Assembly (NCBI GenBank): GCA_965248535.1
Contig: CBDFJR010000002.1
Span: forward strand, 1,216,001-1,280,000
Direction of reading: 5' to 3'
Length of the DNA stretch: 64,000 bases
Source of the DNA: Phormidesmis sp.
Lineage (GTDB): Bacteria; Cyanobacteriota; Cyanobacteriia; Leptolyngbyales; Leptolyngbyaceae
The position numbers and the translations under genes were made by a program. The notes under the pieces were generated by a model that saw nothing but the letters and a program-made list of their open reading frames with translations, had not been told where the DNA came from and searched no databases. Positions within the stretch are counted from its first letter, which is position 1; each line of letters begins with the position of its first letter. Of this stretch, positions 58,351 through 64,000 are shown one piece after another.

Positions 58351-59697
58351 TCAGATCAGCAGCCTGGCTAGACTTGGCAGGGCCTCGCCATAGGTGGGGT
58401 GAATGTGAACAGATTGTTCTAGCAATTGCCACGTTGCGCCCGCTTCCATCAGATCGAGAAACACATGGACAATTTCAGCCGCTTCATAGCCAACGAGGGT
58501 GGCTCCTAAGATTTTGTCAGTGTTGTTGTCAATCACCAGTTGATAAAAGCCTAGCTCGTGCCCCCACTCGATCGCCCGTGCGATCTGAGACATGGGCAGC
58601 TTCACCGATCGGGCGTTGAGTCCCTTTTGTTGGGCCTGCTCAAGGGTCATGCCCACGCGCCCCACTTGAGGCTCAGTGTAGACGGCATAGCCCAAGGTGC
58701 GATCGCTGCGGGTGCGATCGCACCCTGACAAAATCGCCTTTAAGCGGCGATAGTCTTCCCAGGAGACATGGGTAAACGCAGGTTGGTTGGCCGCATCGCC
58801 GATCGCATAAACCCCTTCACAGGTCGAATGGAAGCGATCGTCGATTTTGATGTAGCCGCGATCGTCTAGCTCAACCGATGAGGCGGCAGCATTGAGGGCT
58901 TGAGTGTTGGGTTTGCGCCCGACCACGACTAATAAAGCCTCTCCTTCAAGCTGTTCACCATTGCTTAACGTCAGCGTGAACCGATCGTTTGCATACCTTA
59001 CCTGCTCAACCGTCACGTTGAAATGCAGATGAACGCCATCTTGCTCTAATGCTGTGGTCAAAACCTCGCTCACGTCCGCCTCTTCACGATCGAGCAGACG
59101 ATCGCCCCGCACAATCAGATGAGTCTGGCTGCCCAACCGCGCTAATCCTTGCCCTAGTTCTAAACCGATATATCCACCGCCAATCACCAACAGACGCGGC
59201 GGCAAGGTTTGCAGGTCAAAAAAATTGCGATTTGTCAGATAAGGCGTGTTAGCCAACCCCGGAATATCGGGAATCAGGGCAGACGTGCCCGTGTTGATCA
59301 CCACGATCGGGGCTTGCACTACACGATCGCCGCCCTTGACCGTTCGTTGAGCAATAAATGAGGCTTCGGACTCAACGATCGTCACCCCAGCCGACTCTAA
59401 CCGAGTTTTAACGCCCTGATGAAAGCTATCTCGAACGCTGCGAACTCGCTGCATCACCGCTAAAAAATCAACCGTAACTTGAGCATGAATGCCGAGCTTT
59501 TTTGCCTGTCTCGCTCGGCCCGCCGCATGAGCCGCCGCCAAAAATGCCTTAGAGGGCGTGCAGCCATAGTTAATGCAGCTTCCGCCTAAAGCATCGCGCT
59601 CAAACATCACGACCTTGCGCCCGTCGGCGGCATAATCGCTGGCGAGGGGAATGCCGCCCTGACCACTGCCGATCACAATCAAATCTGCGGTTTCCAT
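58351..59697 (-). CDS. Pyridine nucleotide-disulfide oxidoreductase (RclA/MerA-like, no C-terminal Cys pair)
   Basis: IGSGQGG, GGSCINYGCTPSK, GGGYIGLE, HPTYGE. Confidence 0.88.
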   Translation of the reverse strand: METADLIVIGSGQGGIPLASDYAADGRKVVMFERDALGGSCINYGCTPSKAFLAAAHAAGRARQAKKLGIHAQVTVDFLAVMQRVRSVRDSFHQGVKTRLESAGVTIVESEASFIAQRTVKGGDRVVQAPIVVINTGTSALIPDIPGLANTPYLTNRNFFDLQTLPPRLLVIGGGYIGLELGQGLARLGSQTHLIVRGDRLLDREEADVSEVLTTALEQDGVHLHFNVTVEQVRYANDRFTLTLSNGEQLEGEALLVVVGRKPNTQALNAAASSVELDDRGYIKIDDRFHSTCEGVYAIGDAANQPAFTHVSWEDYRRLKAILSGCDRTRSDRTLGYAVYTEPQVGRVGMTLEQAQQKGLNARSVKLPMSQIARAIEWGHELGFYQLVIDNNTDKILGATLVGYEAAEIVHVFLDLMEAGATWQLLEQSVHIHPTYGEALPSLARLLI

Positions 59698-59753
59698 GGG
59701 GCGCGTGACCTCTCTAAAGTGGGTTAAAAGATGGCTGAAATTGTCTCGATCGC

Positions 59754-60170
59754 CTATGCCGCGATCGCTCCTAATTCTTGCAGCACTGGCATCCAGCCCA
59801 CTGCATTACGAGTTTCTAAAATCTGCCCATCCGCAACGCGATAAATGCTGATGCCCTCTAGCTTGAGCGACTTGCCCGTTGCCGGAACGCCCATAAAATC
59901 TCCTGTGTGGGTCAACGCTCCTGTCCAGCGCACGATCACCTGATCGCCACTGGCAATGAGATCGTCGATCGTAAAGTGAGTGTCGCTAAACACCGACCCA
60001 ATGCCGCGAAAGTCTTGCTTGGCACCTTCGCGGCCTTTTCCGGGTGGATTATGACCATAATCGACATACTCAGGAGACACGATTTCGTCGATCACTTCTT
60101 CTCGTCGCTGGTTGAACACCTGTTCATAAAATCGGCGCACAACAGCTTTATTTTCTGCTTCGGTGGACAT
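59754..60170 (-). CDS. SnoaL-like ester cyclase (NTF2 fold)
   Basis: NKAVVRRF, THTGDFMGVPATGK. Confidence 0.88.
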   Translation of the reverse strand: MSTEAENKAVVRRFYEQVFNQRREEVIDEIVSPEYVDYGHNPPGKGREGAKQDFRGIGSVFSDTHFTIDDLIASGDQVIVRWTGALTHTGDFMGVPATGKSLKLEGISIYRVADGQILETRNAVGWMPVLQELGAIAA

Positions 60171-60235
60171 AATTAATCTCTTGAATTACTTGCCAGATTG
60201 CATCCTAGGGAGATTGACTGCCCTAGTCATCCTTC

Positions 60236-62029
60236 TTAAGAAATAATTGGGACAGCATCCGATCTCGTCCCCAATTGCAGTGCATAGAGATTGGCGTAGG
60301 TTCCCTGTTGGGCAATCAGTTCTGCATGGGTGCCCTGCTCTATGATTTCGCCTTGCTGAATCACCAACACCTGATCGGCTTGGGTCACGGTGCTAAGACG
60401 GTGAGCAATCACAAAACTGGTGCGCCCTTGCAGGAGTCGAGCGATCGCCGATTGGACTAATGCTTCTGTGCGGGTGTCAATGCTGCTAGTCGCCTCGTCA
60501 AGAATCAGAATTCGAGGATTGATCAACACCGCCCGCGCAATGCTAATCAACTGTCGCTGACCCTGACTGAGAGCCGCCCCGCGCTCACCCAACAGCGTTG
60601 CATAGCCCTGAGGAAGCGTAATGATAAACTCGTGCACGTTGGCCACTTGTGCTGCCGCTTCAATGTCAGCTTGGGTCGCTTGCGGGTTGCCAAACGCAAT
60701 GTTTTCGGCAACGCTGCCGCTAAACAACACAGTGTCTTGCAGCACGATGCCAATCTGACGGCGCAAACTGGCTTGAGTCACTTGACGAATGTCTAGCCCA
60801 TCGATTTTGACGGCCCCTCCGGTCACATCATAAAAGCGCAAAATCAGGTTAATGATCGTGCTTTTTCCGGCTCCGGTTGGCCCGACGAGGGCGATCATCT
60901 GTCCGGGTTTGGCATGGAGAGACACGCCATTAAGAACTCGCTGATTAGCCGTGTAGCCGAAGGTGACATTCTCAAAGGTCACGTCTCCGCGCATGGGCGG
61001 CATCTCGATCGCGGCGATCGCATCTTCAAGCTGAGACGGCTCATCGAGTAATAGAAAAATCCGTTCTAACCCCGCAAACGCTGACTGAGCTTGAGTGTAG
61101 AACTGACTGAGAATCTGAATCGGTCGAAAAAATTGCTGCACATAGAGCAAAAATGCCGTAACAACTCCGACAGTGGCGGCTCCGGTGACGGCAAGATAGC
61201 CACCATAGGCTAACACTCCCGCAGTTGCTAGAGTGTTTAGAAAATCGATCGACGGCAGAAACGCTGCGGTGATTGCTACGGCTTGAATATTTGCATCCCG
61301 ATTGGCAGCATTGAGATATTCAAATTCTTCAATGTTAAGAGAAACGCGATTGAAGGCCTGAGCTTCTCGAACGCTACTAATATCTTCTTCTAGCTTAGTA
61401 GACAGATCTCCGATCGTCTGTCGCGTGACTCGAAATCGATTTCTGGCCCACTTTGCAAACATCCCGGTTGTGAAAATCATTAATGGCACAACTAAGTTAC
61501 TTAATAGCCCCAGTTGCAGATTAATAAACAACATGGCAATCACAATGCCAACCAAACTAAACAAGTTGCCTAACATCTGAGCGATCGTTTGCCCAAACGC
61601 TTGATTAACCGTGCTGACATCGTTGAGCAAACGGCTCATCAAATCTCCGGCTTCGCTTTGGTCAAAGAAGCTCAACGGCAAACTTTGAATTTTGACAAAA
61701 ATATCTTGCCGCAGTTGAGCCAACAGCCGCTGCATAATCCAGCCGACGCGCATGATCTGCCCGCGAATTGCCTGCACGCCCAGCACATAGATCAACGCCA
61801 AAATGCCCAGCATTAGCAGCAGCCCGCTTAGGTTGCCTTGAACGATTAAATGATCGATCGACCAGCCGATTAAAAAAGGCCCGATCGCTTGGGTCGCGGC
61901 CCCGATCGAGACCAACCCTAGCGCGATCGGAATCTCTTGGCGATAGGGTTGCAAATAGTCCAAAAAGCGTTGCAGCGTTGAGCGTTGCCGATGGGCTTTT
62001 GCATCAGGTGCGGCAATAGAACCTCGCAT
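60236..62029 (-). CDS. ABC exporter, fused TMD-NBD
   Basis: GPTGAGKS, LSQGQRQ, ILILDEATS, IAHRL. Confidence 0.93.
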   Translation of the reverse strand: MRGSIAAPDAKAHRQRSTLQRFLDYLQPYRQEIPIALGLVSIGAATQAIGPFLIGWSIDHLIVQGNLSGLLLMLGILALIYVLGVQAIRGQIMRVGWIMQRLLAQLRQDIFVKIQSLPLSFFDQSEAGDLMSRLLNDVSTVNQAFGQTIAQMLGNLFSLVGIVIAMLFINLQLGLLSNLVVPLMIFTTGMFAKWARNRFRVTRQTIGDLSTKLEEDISSVREAQAFNRVSLNIEEFEYLNAANRDANIQAVAITAAFLPSIDFLNTLATAGVLAYGGYLAVTGAATVGVVTAFLLYVQQFFRPIQILSQFYTQAQSAFAGLERIFLLLDEPSQLEDAIAAIEMPPMRGDVTFENVTFGYTANQRVLNGVSLHAKPGQMIALVGPTGAGKSTIINLILRFYDVTGGAVKIDGLDIRQVTQASLRRQIGIVLQDTVLFSGSVAENIAFGNPQATQADIEAAAQVANVHEFIITLPQGYATLLGERGAALSQGQRQLISIARAVLINPRILILDEATSSIDTRTEALVQSAIARLLQGRTSFVIAHRLSTVTQADQVLVIQQGEIIEQGTHAELIAQQGTYANLYALQLGTRSDAVPIIS

Positions 62030-62156
62030 GGAATTTCCTCGATCGGGCGTTTCTTTAAGGATAATTCTGATTGGGCAGGAAAAAGCAGTTTCTCAGAGAC
62101 GCGATCGCAGGCTCTAAGCTGGTTAAAATCTGGAGGTCGTTGCTCAACCAAAGCCC

Positions 62157-62843
62157 ATGCGCCGCTCTCAAATTTGCGCCTTCTGGATTGTCACCCTACT
62201 AGCGAGCAGTTTTCTCAGCCCAAAATCTCTGCTGGCGCTCACCTCGGTGCAATATCGAGAACGCGGTCTGCAATATCGAGATCAAGGGCGATTTGGGGAA
62301 GCGATCGCGTCCTTTCAAAAGGCGGTTGAGCTTGAGCCAGCTAATATCAAAGGCCGCGTGAGCTTGGGCTGGACGCTGCATTTGGCAAAGCAAGACCCAT
62401 TAGCCGCAAAAACTCTAGAACAAGCAACGTCACTCAACCCCTTTGAGGTCGAGACGTTTAACGCTTTGGGCATTGTCTATCTGGTCAGCGATCGCTTGAC
62501 CGATGCGGTGGTGGTGCACACTTGGGCAACGCTGCTGGCACCAGAAAATGAGATTGCTCACTACAACCTGAGTCTGGCTTTTTGGCGATTGTCCACCTAC
62601 GATTCGGCGATCGGGGCGGCCAAGTGGGCGGCAAAACTAGAGCCGAACAATCCGCACCCGTGGGTGGCTCTGGCGATCGCCCATTGGAGCAACAAAGAAC
62701 CAGCGTTAGCTAAACAGGCTTATCAACAAGCGATCGCGCAGGATGGCAGATATCACGATCGGGCTTTTTTAGATAATTTAGACGAAGCGGGATTTAGTTT
62801 GAGTCAGATTAAAGTTTCTCAGCAAGTTCTTGAAGCATTGTAG
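62157..62843 (+). CDS. Exported tetratricopeptide-repeat protein
   Basis: Signal-like N-terminus; AIASFQKAVELEP-type TPR units. Confidence 0.85.
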   Translation: MRRSQICAFWIVTLLASSFLSPKSLLALTSVQYRERGLQYRDQGRFGEAIASFQKAVELEPANIKGRVSLGWTLHLAKQDPLAAKTLEQATSLNPFEVETFNALGIVYLVSDRLTDAVVVHTWATLLAPENEIAHYNLSLAFWRLSTYDSAIGAAKWAAKLEPNNPHPWVALAIAHWSNKEPALAKQAYQQAIAQDGRYHDRAFLDNLDEAGFSLSQIKVSQQVLEAL

Positions 62844-62879
62844 TTTAACTAGCCAGATTGGGGCATCTCAAGCGACTTG

Positions 62880-63188
62880 TTAAACTGCTGCTACCCGACT
62901 ACTCAACCATTGCTGAAACGATTTCTGACTTTCTCCTGATGGTTGCCCCAGGATTAGATTCTTGATGCTAATGTCTTCATCAAGCTGATTCCAATGGATT
63001 CCGCTACCGCCACCAATGAAGCGATAGTCACTGCGTTCTTCACTTGAGCCATGCAAAAGGCGAGGATACCAGGCTAATGGGGCAGATATAGTGCGCCCAT
63101 CAGATAAATCCGCAGCAAGCGTGTCATCTGTGATCGTCACTTGCTGAACGAGGGGCATTCCGGGCAGTTCAATCGTTAAAGAAGTCAT
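62880..63188 (-). CDS. DUF2442-family putative antitoxin
   Basis: LSDGRTISAPLAWYPRL, GIHWNQLDEDISI. Confidence 0.88.
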   Translation of the reverse strand: MTSLTIELPGMPLVQQVTITDDTLAADLSDGRTISAPLAWYPRLLHGSSEERSDYRFIGGGSGIHWNQLDEDISIKNLILGQPSGESQKSFQQWLSSRVAAV

Positions 63189-63405
63189 TCCAACCTGCTA
63201 GCAATTGCTCTTGATGTTCTTCAACCAGTTTCTGAATGCGGTTAATTTCTGGGCGGCTAAATCCTCGATTGCTTTGGATGCGGATTGGATCGAGCCAAAA
63301 CTTGGCTTCATTGTTGTCTCGATCGATATGTGCATGAGGTGGCTCATCTCGATCGCCTGCGTAGCAGAAGAATCGATACGGCCCAACAGTTAACAGAGTA
63401 GGCAT
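63169..63405 (-). CDS. DUF4160-family putative toxin
   Basis: GPYRFFCY, EPPHAHI, EAKFWL. Confidence 0.88.
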   Translation of the reverse strand: MPTLLTVGPYRFFCYAGDRDEPPHAHIDRDNNEAKFWLDPIRIQSNRGFSRPEINRIQKLVEEHQEQLLAGWNDFFND

Positions 63406-63788
63406 TCAGATCAAACGAATCTTTGTATTAACTACACTTTCTGTTTTCCTCATTTTAATCTAATGCAAGCTGTCGTTGTGGCTCATTTTTAGGTAGCACT
63501 GGCGATCGGGCTTTTTTAGATAATCTAGACGAAGCCGGATTTAGTTTGAGTCAAATTAAGGTGTCAGGGCGAGTTCTTGAAGCATTGTAGTGAGGCGATC
63601 GCTTCGAGTTGTTTGCAAGAGATCGTATCTAGAATTTAACGCTGGCGATCGTGAAGTTTGCGGCGACAGTTCGAGTTATCCGCAAGGAGTCGCTGGTTTC
63701 AGAGCTTGTGTTAGGTTTCGCAATGCTACACCAACCTGCCAGATCGGCGATCGCTCACAGCGTCTTTAAATAGGCTCGTCGAGATTTG

Positions 63789-64000
63789 TCAAGTCGGTTT
63801 TTTCACCACACATTGAATTGAACTGGGTACAGGAGATGAAAATTCTGAATACATGAAGACTTCGTTAGATATACGTCCAGACGTACTAGTGGTCACGAAG
63901 ATGGAATTATTACAGATTAGAGCTTTACGCTCATAAAGATAATCTGAGAAGTTTTTGCCAGGAGGCTTTCCTGTTTCTCCAATTCTGAGGATTAACCGAT
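63789..64000 (-). CDS. 3' end of a possible hypothetical protein entering from beyond the window
   Basis: Open frame of 69 codons (RLILRIGETG...CVVKKPT*). Confidence 0.4.
   Translation of the reverse strand, partial: RLILRIGETGKPPGKNFSDYLYERKALICNNSIFVTTSTSGRISNEVFMYSEFSSPVPSSIQCVVKKPT

Larger units (their letters stand above)
62756..63591 (+). repeat. 89-bp direct repeat (62756-62844 / 63503-63591) flanking a TA cassette
   Basis: 80 of 89 positions identical by manual alignment; the second copy duplicates the 3' end of the TPR gene including its stop. Confidence 0.92.
1..64000. repeat. HIP1 (GCGATCGC) and CGATCG cores dispersed throughout
   Basis: Very frequent in core genes; visibly sparse in the tnpB element and the MmeI TRD region. 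Confidence 0.95.

Noticed and set aside
58351..59697. Mercuric reductase MerA
   Set aside because: No C-terminal Cys-Cys, no NmerA domain and no mer genes nearby.
86..63393. Numerous short ORF-track entries overlapping or antisense to core genes
   Set aside because: Shadow ORFs lacking motifs and conflicting with well-supported genes.
63709..63740. GTTAGGTTTCGC...CCAACCT palindrome-like element
   Set aside because: Looks like a single degenerate copy of a common cyanobacterial dispersed repeat; too weak to call.

Overview
Chromosomal segment of a cyanobacterium, probably a filamentous Leptolyngbyaceae-like strain (inferred from dense HIP1 GCGATCGC sites, psbX, hli, ycf51, ycf66, cyAbrB and Yfr1). 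Most of it is core genome: pcrA 3' part, guaB3-Yfr1-trxA, rel, rpsU, purF-purL, accC, psbX-ycf66, sdhB, holA and cydAB. There are several accessory or unusual elements. (1) A tnpB-only IS200/IS605 element is inserted exactly at the start codon of the opposite-strand gene; it displaced the native Shine-Dalgarno and carries a replacement one in its left end. (2) A sensor-less HTH-NB-ARC gene lies divergent from a DAACS / 2-TM / SBP-VWA / mini-VWA operon. (3) Two cytosolic HtrA-like proteases are co-encoded with an atypical LuxR regulator. (4) An MmeI-like R-M gene has a second motif I and is followed by a stack of intact and truncated toxin-antitoxin modules. (5) A TA cassette is flanked by an 89-bp duplicated gene end that starts at a HIP1 core. 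(6) purF has a triplicated propeptide cleavage segment. (7) A candidate structured RNA or attenuator lies between trxA and a LOG gene. All family calls come from motif recognition by eye; no database searches were run.
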